Assembly: GCA_022452125.1 (NCBI GenBank)
Contig: JAKURJ010000002.1
Location: 1-46,444, forward strand
Direction: 5' to 3'
Length of the DNA stretch: 46,444 nucleotides
From: Candidatus Poseidoniaceae archaeon
GTDB taxonomy: Archaea > Thermoplasmatota > Poseidoniia > Poseidoniales > Poseidoniaceae
Below, one piece after another: positions 15,673 through 25,061 of the stretch; position 1 is the stretch's first letter, and every line of letters begins with the position of its first letter. A model generated the notes under the pieces. That model did not search any database, was not told where the DNA came from, and worked only from the letters and a program-made list of their open reading frames with translations. A program made the position numbers and the translations under genes.

Positions 15673-17196
15673 TCAACGTAGACCGTCAACACGTGCCAGG
15701 ATTTCTTGAGGTCTGACGTAATATTCGGTAATGATTTGGCTTACTTGGTCTGCCTTACGGATATCATTCAGAACCATCCACTCAAGAATACGCTTACGAG
15801 TTCTTAGCTCCCTTCGCATCTCATCTTGACTGAAATTGATTTTTACCATGATTTTCTCAAGGACATACGACTTTCCAGAGAATATGAAATCGTCATTTGC
15901 TACATTCCATCTAAACACTTCATTGGTGATAACTTCCAGAGAGTTAGGGTCTATACCTACGATTTCTACAATCTGCTTGGTTCTTCTTACACGTCGTCCA
16001 TTGATACGGGTCTGAATCTGAATCGCACAAGCTTCCAGAGCAGGCAGCAATACACGAGGGATATCGATCGGTTTGTTCTCTAATCTGTGAACAAGTGAAG
16101 GCACTGAATCCGCGTGCACCGTTGAATAAGCACAGTGACCTGTTGCCATAGCCTGGAACAGAACATATGCTTCAGCACCACGAATCTCACCCACAATGAT
16201 GTACTCAGGTCGTTCACGAAGAGCAGCCTTTAGCAACTCGAATTCTCCGATTTCACCCTCGTTCGATTCACCACCGAATCCCTGTCTTGTTAGACCAGGG
16301 ACCCAGTTTGGTTGAGGGATGTTAACTTCACGAGTTGATTCGATACTTACAATCTTCATCTGCCATGGAATGAAAATACACATAGCGTTCAGCGTAGTTG
16401 TTTTCCCTGAAGCAGTACCGCCTACGAATAGCATCGGTACTTCATTCTGGAACGCTACCCAAAGGTATGCACCCATCAGCGAGGAGAGTGTACGGAAAGC
16501 GATGATATCACACGGTGAGAACGGGTCGTCCTTGAATCTTCGAATACAGAAAGCTGAACCACGGGTCGATACTTCACGGCCTAGTTTCATGACGATTCTT
16601 GAACCGTCCATCAGCGTTGCATCCAGCAATGGGTCAGCAACGGAAATGTGCTTACCACATCGCTGTGCCAATTTGATAACATATGATTCCAATTCCTCAT
16701 CTGTTTCCCAAACACAGGTGGTCTCTACAGATTCGAATTTCCTGTGGTACGCGAAAATTGGGACGTTGGTTCCGTCAAGCGAAACGTCTTCCACATTCGC
16801 ATCGTTCATCAGAACATCCATCTTTCCATATCCTACCAAATCTCTTCGCAGATAGTAGAATAACTTGGATTTGGACTTCTTGTTGATTTTCATTCCGTAT
16901 GCCTTGATGACCTTGTCCATAGCGGTGCGGAGGTACGCTGTTGGGTCTGCGTCGATTTCTTCGATGTTTGCTGTCAGTGAGCGAATGAAGATATCGAGTA
17001 GCTCATCACGCCATTCTTGCTCCTTCTTGTTCAAAGGAGGTTCGATGATTTGGTAGATGATATTCAGTGTTCTCTTGTCACGCACAATTCTTGCAAACGC
17101 ATGTGGTGGCATGACAGGATACTTGTCAAGTTCGTCATACATTGCTCGCTGTTGGTTGCGACCTCTTCTTTTTCCACCACCACTTTTCCTAGCCAT
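15673..17196 (-). CDS. FlaI/PilB/VirB11-family secretion ATPase
   Basis: Walker A 'GGTASGKTTTLNA', 'IVGEIRG' and 'GHCAYSTVHA' (His box). Confidence 0.85.
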   Translation of the reverse strand: MARKSGGGKRRGRNQQRAMYDELDKYPVMPPHAFARIVRDKRTLNIIYQIIEPPLNKKEQEWRDELLDIFIRSLTANIEEIDADPTAYLRTAMDKVIKAYGMKINKKSKSKLFYYLRRDLVGYGKMDVLMNDANVEDVSLDGTNVPIFAYHRKFESVETTCVWETDEELESYVIKLAQRCGKHISVADPLLDATLMDGSRIVMKLGREVSTRGSAFCIRRFKDDPFSPCDIIAFRTLSSLMGAYLWVAFQNEVPMLFVGGTASGKTTTLNAMCIFIPWQMKIVSIESTREVNIPQPNWVPGLTRQGFGGESNEGEIGEFELLKAALRERPEYIIVGEIRGAEAYVLFQAMATGHCAYSTVHADSVPSLVHRLENKPIDIPRVLLPALEACAIQIQTRINGRRVRRTKQIVEIVGIDPNSLEVITNEVFRWNVANDDFIFSGKSYVLEKIMVKINFSQDEMRRELRTRKRILEWMVLNDIRKADQVSQIITEYYVRPQEILARVDGLR

Positions 17197-17251
17197 ACCT
17201 AGACCCCTGACACTTCGGTCACGGTCTGACTCGGTTAAGACCTTTCTCCAT

Positions 17252-17279
17252 TGTGAGAGGCCCTACGGGCCCTCTCACA
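17252..17279 (-). terminator. GC-rich hairpin (about 12-bp stem with one bulge, triloop) overlapping the kinase stop codon, upstream of flaI-like
   Basis: TGTGAGAGGCCC-TAC-GGGCCCTCTCACA, read directly. Confidence 0.35.
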
Positions 17280-17820
17280 GAGTATTCAGCCAAGCCGAAA
17301 CTTCGGATTGTAAATGCTCAAGATTGGATTCATTCGGGAACGAGATTTCTGCTTCCTCGATAATTGTATCAAGACCCCAACCGGTTTCTCTCTCGTCTCT
17401 CTTCTCAAGGTCGGATAAATCCCCATCCTCGGAGCGAGCACGAGATTGGACTCTTTCGAACCTCAATTGCTTGGATGCGGTTATCGCAACCACCTTGAAT
17501 GAATCACCCCAGTGATTCTGGAAAACTTCTCTCTCTGCAGTACCTCTGAGTCCTTCGATTAGAACGATACGATTGCTGTCGAGAAGATCGTCAACAGCAG
17601 CTATTAATCGATGCGCTAAAACATCGTCGCCATGTTCTGCGCGCATCTCTGTAGCGACCTCGCCGAAAACATGTGGCGCTTCTGGGATACCTCTGGCTTT
17701 TACTTCAGCCCTCACCATATCCCCCATAGAACGAACTGGGATGCCGGTTGCAGCGAGAATTGCAGCAAACTCGCCTTTGCCTGCAGCAGGCAATCCACTG
17801 ACTGCAATTACGAGGCCCAT
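17275..17820 (-). CDS. UPF0200-type archaeal nucleotide/dephospho-CoA-kinase-like P-loop protein
   Basis: 'VIAVSGLPAAGKGEFAAILAATGIPVRSMGDMVRAE' and the 'RDERETGWGL' tail. ATG 17820 avoids a 38-nt overlap with the upstream gene. Confidence 0.55.
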   Translation of the reverse strand: MGLVIAVSGLPAAGKGEFAAILAATGIPVRSMGDMVRAEVKARGIPEAPHVFGEVATEMRAEHGDDVLAHRLIAAVDDLLDSNRIVLIEGLRGTAEREVFQNHWGDSFKVVAITASKQLRFERVQSRARSEDGDLSDLEKRDERETGWGLDTIIEEAEISFPNESNLEHLQSEVSAWLNTL

Positions 17821-17839
17821 GGATTGGTCGCGTACGGTT

Positions 17840-19537
17840 TCAATTGTTGAACTCTGCCCTTCCCCATTTGCGGTCAAGCAGTTTCATCAACAAAATGGCT
17901 GCTGCCACTAGGCCAGCACTAACAGCTAGAATTCCTTTGAAGCCTGTAGCCATCCTATCGTTATCGAATTCGACGGCTTCGGCTTGCAAACCTTTGTCCT
18001 GAACTTGGTCAGCCCAATTCTCATAGAAGGAGACGTCTCCTTGGGTGAATGATAGAAGGAATAATGACAGCAGTGGAATGACTGTTCCAATCCAAAAACA
18101 TGTCATGATTTTTGCATCAAAAATCGCTTTATTGGGCGCAAGTCCCATCAGGAAGGCAGTCAGACAAACGATGTAGATACTATTCGCTATCATCACAATT
18201 AATCCAACTGGAAGAACCGCCCACTCATCTAATCTCCAAGCCATTAAGCACAGGAAAATTACTGAAATCCAGGTGGTCGCTAAGAAGTAAACAGTGACTT
18301 TTGCACGAATCAATTGTGGTACACTGAGTGGTAATCCATTCATGTGCTCGGGCGAGTCGAGAGCGGTTAGCCATGAGTAGAAATTGAATCCAAAGAAACC
18401 TAAGAATGGCGCATAAGATAACAGATTAATTGGAATCGGGGCCTCAGCAAAATCGACTAACCACGCCATCATTAGAAGTACGATGAGTGGAACCGAATAG
18501 GAGACAATCATTTTCTTGAGTGAACCTGAGCGAATTAGGTCGACGGTCTCCTTCGCTACAAGTAGTCTCAACGGCCCATTGCCGAGGAACTTCAGACGAT
18601 TCCATGCTGGCAAAAATATCTCCTTCTTTGAGACGACTTTTACTTCGAAATCATCCAAAACCAATTGTGATGCAGCCCATGCCAAAAATATCGATGCAGC
18701 CAATGCCGGGATTGCAAGTAAGAGCCCATCAGGTTGCTGTGTTGCTAACCCCCATAGGAAGTACTCACGAGGCATCAAACCGAGACCGATAACAGTACCA
18801 AGGCCGATTACGAATATAGGTGTTAATCGGCTGAACCAACCGCCTAATAGCCACAGTGAGGAAGCAATAAACGAGAATGCTAATCCTTGAGCAAGGGTTA
18901 CTGACATCGCAATCCAAGTTCTAGGAAGACTGCTGTATTCTAGAGGAGTTCTTACGCTGGTGAAATTTTCCAGCAAAATACCAATCGCCATTCCAGAAAT
19001 AACTGGAGTTAGAATGAGCATAACATAGTATGACAGGTCTTTGACATAATAAGCGAAATGTGCTGTTGGATTGGTCAATGGTTGGAGAGCAGGCGAAGCC
19101 AATAGGTAGTTCTTGGTACCCGTTCTAGCGAGCACTTTTTCCCGCCCTAAGAATGCGAAAGAACCCATTCCGAGACTGAAAAATAACAACGGTAGGTGCA
19201 GAGCAAAGCGCATCTCTTCCCAAGTGAAAGCATTAGCATCAGGGTCAGAGCCTTGAGCAGCTCCTTCTCCAACTAAAAACTGCAAACCAATTGTAGCCAC
19301 CATGGTTACCAAAGCAACCAACAATGGGAACAGAAGAATACGCCTTTTCTTAGCAAAATCCAAGTTTTCTCTGCATTCTTCAACAAACATTACTCTGAAT
19401 GTTGCTGAGAAAGCACTCCACCCGACCAGTGGCGTGTTTAGACGCATACCTCCATTGGATGAACCCAATGAATCTGGTAGAGATTTTTCCGAAAACTCAG
19501 ACCAATCTCGGCTGGAGATAGATGCGGACAGTTTCAT
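17840..19537 (-). CDS. ABC-2-type exporter permease (polytopic, about 12 TM)
   Basis: Hydrophobic throughout. ATGA overlap with the ABC ATPase gene. Confidence 0.6.
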   Translation of the reverse strand: MKLSASISSRDWSEFSEKSLPDSLGSSNGGMRLNTPLVGWSAFSATFRVMFVEECRENLDFAKKRRILLFPLLVALVTMVATIGLQFLVGEGAAQGSDPDANAFTWEEMRFALHLPLLFFSLGMGSFAFLGREKVLARTGTKNYLLASPALQPLTNPTAHFAYYVKDLSYYVMLILTPVISGMAIGILLENFTSVRTPLEYSSLPRTWIAMSVTLAQGLAFSFIASSLWLLGGWFSRLTPIFVIGLGTVIGLGLMPREYFLWGLATQQPDGLLLAIPALAASIFLAWAASQLVLDDFEVKVVSKKEIFLPAWNRLKFLGNGPLRLLVAKETVDLIRSGSLKKMIVSYSVPLIVLLMMAWLVDFAEAPIPINLLSYAPFLGFFGFNFYSWLTALDSPEHMNGLPLSVPQLIRAKVTVYFLATTWISVIFLCLMAWRLDEWAVLPVGLIVMIANSIYIVCLTAFLMGLAPNKAIFDAKIMTCFWIGTVIPLLSLFLLSFTQGDVSFYENWADQVQDKGLQAEAVEFDNDRMATGFKGILAVSAGLVAAAILLMKLLDRKWGRAEFNN

Positions 19538-20313
19538 TCCTCCTCGCTGATTCCTTCATCGCTCATTCTTTCTGCTTCTTCAATCGAATGACCTACTAGT
19601 CGAATGAATACGTCTTCAAGAGTTTCAGTTTCTGATTCTTTCAACCCCTTGACAGTACCTGCTGCCAAAACCTTGCCATGGTTGATAATCGCCATCCTGT
19701 TACACATTCTCTCTGCCATTTCCAATACGTGTGAGCAAAGGAAAATGGTGCCTCCGTCCTTGACCATATCTAGTAGCCACTGTCGGCATTTACGTTGGTA
19801 AATTGGATCTAAATTCGCGAATGGTTCGTCGAGGAAAAGCAACTTTGGTTCATGGATAAACGCTGATGCTAGCATAACTTTCTGGCGTTGACCTTTGGAG
19901 AGGTCTTTGCACATAGTGTCCCTTTTTTCATCTAAACCAAACCAATCCATCCAATGCTCAACCTTCGAATCTAAGTCTTCTACTCCTCTGAGTTTACCTA
20001 CAAATTGCAAGAACTCACTTGGAGTGAGGTAAGACGGCGGTGATTCCGATTCTGGTACAATTCCGATGTTTGCTTTCAGCTTCTGTGGTTCTTTTGCTGC
20101 ATTGATTCCAAGAACTTCTACGGCTCCAATGCTAGGACGCAGTTGCCCTGTTAGTAATTTTATGAATGTCGACTTTCCAGCACCATTTGGACCGAATACA
20201 CCGAAGAATTCTCCCGAACTGACTTTGACATTTAATGGGTGAAGTGCAATAAAATCGCCATACCTTTTGCCCAAGTCTTTTGCGACTACCAAGGATTCTT
20301 CACTTTCGGACAC
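19534..20313 (-). CDS. ABC transporter ATP-binding protein
   Basis: Walker A 'GPNGAGKST', signature 'LSKGQRQK', Walker B 'LLFLDEP'. Confidence 0.9.
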   Translation of the reverse strand: MSESEESLVVAKDLGKRYGDFIALHPLNVKVSSGEFFGVFGPNGAGKSTFIKLLTGQLRPSIGAVEVLGINAAKEPQKLKANIGIVPESESPPSYLTPSEFLQFVGKLRGVEDLDSKVEHWMDWFGLDEKRDTMCKDLSKGQRQKVMLASAFIHEPKLLFLDEPFANLDPIYQRKCRQWLLDMVKDGGTIFLCSHVLEMAERMCNRMAIINHGKVLAAGTVKGLKESETETLEDVFIRLVGHSIEEAERMSDEGISEEE

Positions 20314-20385
20314 ACATTCGGGGCGGCACTCAACATTTTCAATGTGTGCTTACAGATTGATTTGCTATGACTGTCTCGGAGTGCC

Positions 20386-21210
20386 ATGAGCGAAGTATTA
20401 GTTATCGAAGAAATACCTTGTGAAAACGGCGATGGAATGATTGCAAAGGTCACAATCAACCGCCCTGACAAGTTGAATGCGTTGAATCAAGATGTTACAT
20501 CTAGCATCAAGGAAATGTGCAAGTGGGCTGACGAAAATGATTCGATTAGATGTGTAGTGATTACTGGCGCCAAACCTAACCCTCCGCCTGAAGGCAAGAG
20601 AGCTAAGCCACACGCATTCGTTGCAGGTGCCGACATCACCGAATTCGTTGGAAAGGGTTCGAAAGAGATTAGAGAATTGTTCAGAGATAATGCAATCGAA
20701 GCAATTTGGAATCTGAACAAGCCGACAATCGCAATGGTAGATGGTTTTGCACTCGGCGGAGGATGTGAAGTAGCCTGTTCATGCGATATTCGAATCGCCA
20801 GTGAGCGCTCGATTTTCGGAACTCCTGAAATCAAATTGGGATTGATTCCTGGCTACGGAGGTTCACAAAGATTGGTTCATCTTGTCGGATATGGAAGGGC
20901 GATGGAGATGATGATGACTGGAAACAATGTAAGCGCTGAGGATGCTTACAGAATGGGCATCGTAAACCACCTGTGTACTCCTGATGACTTAGAGAGCAAA
21001 ACTATGGAGATCGCTCAAACAATTGCTTCGAAATCTATGCATACACTACGTGTTGCAAAACAGACTATTCGCGCTTCACTCGACAACGGAATTACCGATG
21101 GTGTTGAAATCGAGGCGATTGCATTCGCTAACTTATTCGATACTGAGGACAAGGAAATAGGCGTTCAAGCATTCCTTAACCGAAGCGAGCCCGAATGGAA
21201 GCATCGCTAG
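20386..21210 (+). CDS. Enoyl-CoA hydratase (crotonase family)
   Basis: 'ITINRPDKLNALN', 'FVAGADI' and 'GFALGGGCEVACSCDIRIA'. Confidence 0.85.
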   Translation: MSEVLVIEEIPCENGDGMIAKVTINRPDKLNALNQDVTSSIKEMCKWADENDSIRCVVITGAKPNPPPEGKRAKPHAFVAGADITEFVGKGSKEIRELFRDNAIEAIWNLNKPTIAMVDGFALGGGCEVACSCDIRIASERSIFGTPEIKLGLIPGYGGSQRLVHLVGYGRAMEMMMTGNNVSAEDAYRMGIVNHLCTPDDLESKTMEIAQTIASKSMHTLRVAKQTIRASLDNGITDGVEIEAIAFANLFDTEDKEIGVQAFLNRSEPEWKHR

Positions 21211-22106
21211 TCGTCATTAGCCATTTCATCCTTCAATGCAGCCAGTGCTCCTGAAGCACCCGGTGGCGGTGGAAGAGGGAGACCCAATTCTTCTGGTGAA
21301 GGCAAGCCCGCAGGTAGCGGAAGAGTTGCGGTTGTAGTCCTGTCCTCTTCGACAGCTACGAAGCCTTCATCCAATGGGACTCTCAACTTCAGAATAGTAG
21401 ATTCATCAATTCTAACCAGTGATGCACCATAGACGTGCCCTGCTTCAGCATTTGCAGGCTCAACTAAGATGTTGTGACCGTGGTCATCGCTTTGAATCAA
21501 GCCAACTAAGTCCTCTCCTGAACTGTGCTCTTCCCACATCTTTGCAGTGGAGGCTCTGATCTCTGCCATCTGGTCTCGACGCCTTTCTTCGATTCTTGCA
21601 CGAATACGAGAATGGCGGTCTCTCTTTTCTTGAATGTGTGCTGTGATATTCGCATCTTCGATAGATTGTGGAGATACCTCTACAACAAATTCATCCGCCA
21701 CATGGACTTCCTCTACAGTGACTACGACCTCTTCTAGGTCGTCATCAGGTTCGACTACAATGTCGTTTGATTCTTCTTCTTGACGACTAGCCGCAACCTT
21801 AGCCATCTTTCTTTCTCGTAGCGATGCGCCATCCATGCTGTCTTCGACTACAACTTCGGGAATATCCACAGATGGTTCTGGTGAAACATTGGCAGAAGTC
21901 TGTTGGTTGACAACAGTTCTAGCGGCTGGTTTCTTGTTTGCAGGAGCGTCTCCTAAGTAGACCCAAATGATTGCCAGTAGCAGGATTACACCCACAAATG
22001 CCCAGCGACTATTATCATCCAATTGAGCCTGCATCATGAAGAATGTGACTATACCCGCAACTAGTAGAGTGAATACTACAAGTCTTGAAGTCTTCATGCT
22101 GCTCAC
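21207..22106 (-). CDS. Membrane-anchored, highly acidic hypothetical protein with a Pro-rich tail
   Basis: Two N-terminal TM helices, E/D/V-rich repeats and a basic coiled segment. No family recognised. Confidence 0.45.
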   Translation of the reverse strand: MSSMKTSRLVVFTLLVAGIVTFFMMQAQLDDNSRWAFVGVILLLAIIWVYLGDAPANKKPAARTVVNQQTSANVSPEPSVDIPEVVVEDSMDGASLRERKMAKVAASRQEEESNDIVVEPDDDLEEVVVTVEEVHVADEFVVEVSPQSIEDANITAHIQEKRDRHSRIRARIEERRRDQMAEIRASTAKMWEEHSSGEDLVGLIQSDDHGHNILVEPANAEAGHVYGASLVRIDESTILKLRVPLDEGFVAVEEDRTTTATLPLPAGLPSPEELGLPLPPPPGASGALAALKDEMANDD

Positions 22107-22136
22107 CTCAACCCAAAACGCTCACACTCAAGAATA

Positions 22137-22781
22137 TCACCCAAGCATGTCGAGATTAGAAAGCAGACCTTCAAGCGCTCTGTGCCTGTGAGAATAGTTC
22201 TGCTTATCTTCTAACGATATGCCACCAAATGGTTTGCCGTGTGTGCTTTTTGCACCCATTTCTCCAATCGGCAAAGCGTTACCATCCTCATCTAAATCGG
22301 TAGGAATGAATATTGGGTCGAATCCAAATCCGTCTCCTGTAACAGCTTGATGTGCTATTCTTCCCGGACAAACTCCCTCAGACACTATGGTTTGGCCGTC
22401 CTTGTATAAAACGGCAACTGCTCTAAATTCTGCTTTCCTAAGATTGCCATCTTGGATTGGGTCATCACTCTTGAGGTGGTCCATAAGTTTGAGAATACCA
22501 TGAACATCTAGAGTGTTCAAAGCATAGGATGAGTAGACGCCAGGGAATCCATTTAATGCATCTACGAACAACCCCGCATCTTCCACCAATAACATGTCAT
22601 TAGAGTTAGGAAGATGCGGTATAGCTTGCTCGATTTTTGATAGTGCTACTATTTCCAAATCGTCGGCCTGAGGTTCAGTCGCCTCAAATTCAAACTGCTT
22701 AACCTCAATGCCGTAACCAGCGAAGTATTGCCTCGCTTCCTCTACCTTGCCCTGATTAGTGGTCATGAACCAGATGGTCAT
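22137..22781 (-). CDS. rdgB: Non-canonical purine NTP pyrophosphatase (HAM1/RdgB)
   Basis: 'TTNQGKVEE', 'VEDAGLFVDALNGFPGVYS', 'GFGFDPIF' and 'SHRHRAL'. ATG 22781 is preferred over the long N-terminal extension. Confidence 0.85.
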   Translation of the reverse strand: MTIWFMTTNQGKVEEARQYFAGYGIEVKQFEFEATEPQADDLEIVALSKIEQAIPHLPNSNDMLLVEDAGLFVDALNGFPGVYSSYALNTLDVHGILKLMDHLKSDDPIQDGNLRKAEFRAVAVLYKDGQTIVSEGVCPGRIAHQAVTGDGFGFDPIFIPTDLDEDGNALPIGEMGAKSTHGKPFGGISLEDKQNYSHRHRALEGLLSNLDMLG

Positions 22782-22816
22782 AATTCGCCCTCTGCTGGTA
22801 AGGCTCTTGAGCATGT

Positions 22817-23200
22817 TTGATAGAGTTGCCCCGACAAGAGCGTTTTGTGAATTCGTATATTGCAGTGGCATTCGGAGGTGCAATAGGTGCAACGCTACGC
22901 TTCGCTGTCAGCGAATGGATAGGAAATCCACAGGGTACGCTGGTTGTAAACGCGGTCGGCTCACTCTTGCTAGGTGTTTGTATGGCTGCATTGGCAAGTG
23001 AGATGATTTCAAAGGAGTTGACTTTACTTTTGGGCACTGGTATACTCGGAGCATTCACAACAATGTCGACCTTTTCAGTCGAAACTATTGAAATGTGGGG
23101 TGACGACTCTACCAAAGCGGTTGGATATGTGCTATTGACAATGGTATTGTGCCCTCTATTGGCCTTGTGTGGCTGGAAAGCTTTCGAGACTATTGCTTGA
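22817..23200 (+). CDS. crcB: Fluoride channel CrcB/FluC
   Basis: 'GGAIGATLRF', 'GTLVVNAVGSLLLG' and 'GILGAFTTMSTF'. The start is TTG 22817 or GTG 22847. Confidence 0.85.
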   Translation: MIELPRQERFVNSYIAVAFGGAIGATLRFAVSEWIGNPQGTLVVNAVGSLLLGVCMAALASEMISKELTLLLGTGILGAFTTMSTFSVETIEMWGDDSTKAVGYVLLTMVLCPLLALCGWKAFETIA

Positions 23201-24320
23201 TAGAAAGCATTCTCTCCAAAGCAATTTTTGCCCCTTCCTGCACTTCTGGTGCAACTATAACTTGGTTTGGAACCTCGCCATCCGCTAATCTTTCCAGTAC
23301 ATCCATCAAGTATGCTGGATGAATCATGTACATCGTTGAACAGGGGCAGATTGTCGGCTCTAGACACTGAATGTGAAGGTCCTCATGTTGTGCATCTAAT
23401 CTTGCAACCATGTTGATTTCAGTTCCAACCGCGATGTGAGTGCCTGGTTCTTGCTCAGCAACGAATCTTCGAATATATTCTGTACTACCGTTAGCATCAG
23501 CTGCTTCCACAACCTCCATTGGGCATTCGGGATGAACGACAACTACACCGTTCGGGTGTTCTTTCCTAAACGCCTCAATCTGAGGAACTGTGAATCTCTT
23601 GTGCACTGAACAGAATCCATGCCAGAGCACAATTTTGACGCCTTCGGGAATTGTATTTTCCTCACCTGGTGTCCAAACGGACATCTTGTCCAATGGAATG
23701 CCCATGGATAGACCTGTATTTCGACCTAAGTGCTGGTCTGGGAAGAACAGAACTGCACCGTTCGGGCCTGCTCTATCATATGCCCATTCTAGAATGCCGG
23801 ATGCATTTGAAGAAGTACAGACTATTCCTCCGTGGCGTCCACAGAAGTCCTTGAGTTCAGCTGCACTATTCATGTAAGTTACAGGAATCAAACACGATTC
23901 CCCTTCCTTGGCTGTTGCTGGGTCGCTCAATCCGGATTTAGCTAGAATCTCTTCCCAAGCAACTTCGACTTCGTCTAGGGCAGCCATGTCTGCCATCGAA
24001 CAACCTGCACGCATATTTGGCAGAATCACTCTCTGCTCATCAGATGTTAGAATGTCTGCGGATTCTGCCATGAAGTGAACACCGCAGAAAACAATGTTCT
24101 TGGCTTTAGATTGTGCTGCTAATTCAGAGAGAAGAAATGAATCTCCTAACAGGTCAGCATGCATGACAATCTGGTCTCTTTGGTAATGGTGACCTAAGAT
24201 CAGTAAATCATCGCCCATCTGTTCTTTCAACTCTGCTATCCTATCAGCGATAGCCGCTTCTTCAGGACCCATTGCATCATTGGTGAAGTCAATGGCGCAC
24301 ATCGGCAATGACACAGTCAT
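23190..24320 (-). CDS. nadA: Quinolinate synthase
   Basis: 'ILGHHYQ', 'CGVHFMAESA', 'GCSMA', 'HPECP' and 'CPCSTM' are Fe-S ligand and substrate motifs. Confidence 0.9.
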   Translation of the reverse strand: MTVSLPMCAIDFTNDAMGPEEAAIADRIAELKEQMGDDLLILGHHYQRDQIVMHADLLGDSFLLSELAAQSKAKNIVFCGVHFMAESADILTSDEQRVILPNMRAGCSMADMAALDEVEVAWEEILAKSGLSDPATAKEGESCLIPVTYMNSAAELKDFCGRHGGIVCTSSNASGILEWAYDRAGPNGAVLFFPDQHLGRNTGLSMGIPLDKMSVWTPGEENTIPEGVKIVLWHGFCSVHKRFTVPQIEAFRKEHPNGVVVVHPECPMEVVEAADANGSTEYIRRFVAEQEPGTHIAVGTEINMVARLDAQHEDLHIQCLEPTICPCSTMYMIHPAYLMDVLERLADGEVPNQVIVAPEVQEGAKIALERMLSIKQ

Positions 24321-24383
24321 GGTTGAGCCTCAACTATCGGTAGTAGTGCCCCTTTTTCAACCATACACTTCCTCGCTTATACA

Positions 24384-25061
24384 ATGCAGGCATGGTCGAG
24401 TGGTGAAAGACTACACCTCGGAGCAGAAGCCGAGGTCATTTCAGGAACATGGCACGGAAGGTCTGCAATCCTAAAAAAACGCAGACCTAGAGGCTGGCGG
24501 CACCCAGATTTGGATGCAAGTTTAACCAAAAAGAGGATGACTAACGAAATCAAATTGACAATTTGGTTAGCTAGTCGAGGTGCACCAGTGCCAGCAATTT
24601 GGGACGTTGATATCGAAGAAGCCAGCATCATCATGGAAAGAATCGAAGGAAGACCGCTCATCGAGGTACTCCATTCAAATGAACATGATGAAGAGTTACT
24701 GATTACTGTTGGAAAATCAATTCGTGAATTGCACCGAAATGCAGTCAATCATGGAGATTTATCCACCAACAATATACTAATCAACAGCAAAAGAGATGCT
24801 GTACTAATCGATTTGGGATTAGCAACTCGTGAATACGACTTGGAAGGTTTTGGAATCGACCTGCACGTTTTGCATGAAATCCTAAGAGCAAGTCATCCTA
24901 ATGTAAAGGGCGCCATGGATTTAGTTCTCAAAGGATATCTTGCCTTAGATGAAGAACTGGGTGTGCCAGAAGCCGCTCCTGGGGGAATGCCTCCAAGTGC
25001 TGTAGAAGTAGTCAAGAGGCTAGAACAAATCATGAAGCGTGTTCGATACCATGGCGGCTAG
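24384..25061 (+). CDS. bud32: KEOPS-complex Bud32/PRPK-type protein kinase
   Basis: 'GAEAEV', 'AILKKR', 'HGDLSTNNILI' and 'LIDLGLA'. The size is typical of archaeal Bud32. Confidence 0.8.
   Translation: MQAWSSGERLHLGAEAEVISGTWHGRSAILKKRRPRGWRHPDLDASLTKKRMTNEIKLTIWLASRGAPVPAIWDVDIEEASIIMERIEGRPLIEVLHSNEHDEELLITVGKSIRELHRNAVNHGDLSTNNILINSKRDAVLIDLGLATREYDLEGFGIDLHVLHEILRASHPNVKGAMDLVLKGYLALDEELGVPEAAPGGMPPSAVEVVKRLEQIMKRVRYHGG

Noticed and set aside
16319-17515. Plus-strand ORFs 16319..16855 (178 aa) and 17057..17515 (152 aa). Similar antisense ORFs occur at 1794..2297, 10637..11038, 20487..20834, 31132..31572, 35542..35973, 39082..39534 and 40334..40771.
   Set aside because: All lie opposite strongly motif-supported genes. 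They have Ser/Pro/Arg-rich low-complexity translations typical of antisense frames and lack SD sequences.
22782-22846. Fluoride riboswitch (crcB motif) upstream of crcB
   Set aside because: The roughly 65-nt spacer shows none of the conserved pseudoknot or GAUGG..GCC..CUAC-type segments I recall. It is probably too short, and it is shared with the divergent rdgB.
22756-23367. 203-aa minus-strand ORF across crcB
   Set aside because: It is antisense to a CrcB ORF with textbook motifs and overlaps the rdgB and nadA ends. This is a shadow ORF.
24322-24334. Small palindrome GTTGAG-C-CTCAAC next to the nadA start
   Set aside because: It has only 6-bp arms with a 1-nt centre, which is within chance expectation. 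It is not listed with the stronger hairpins.
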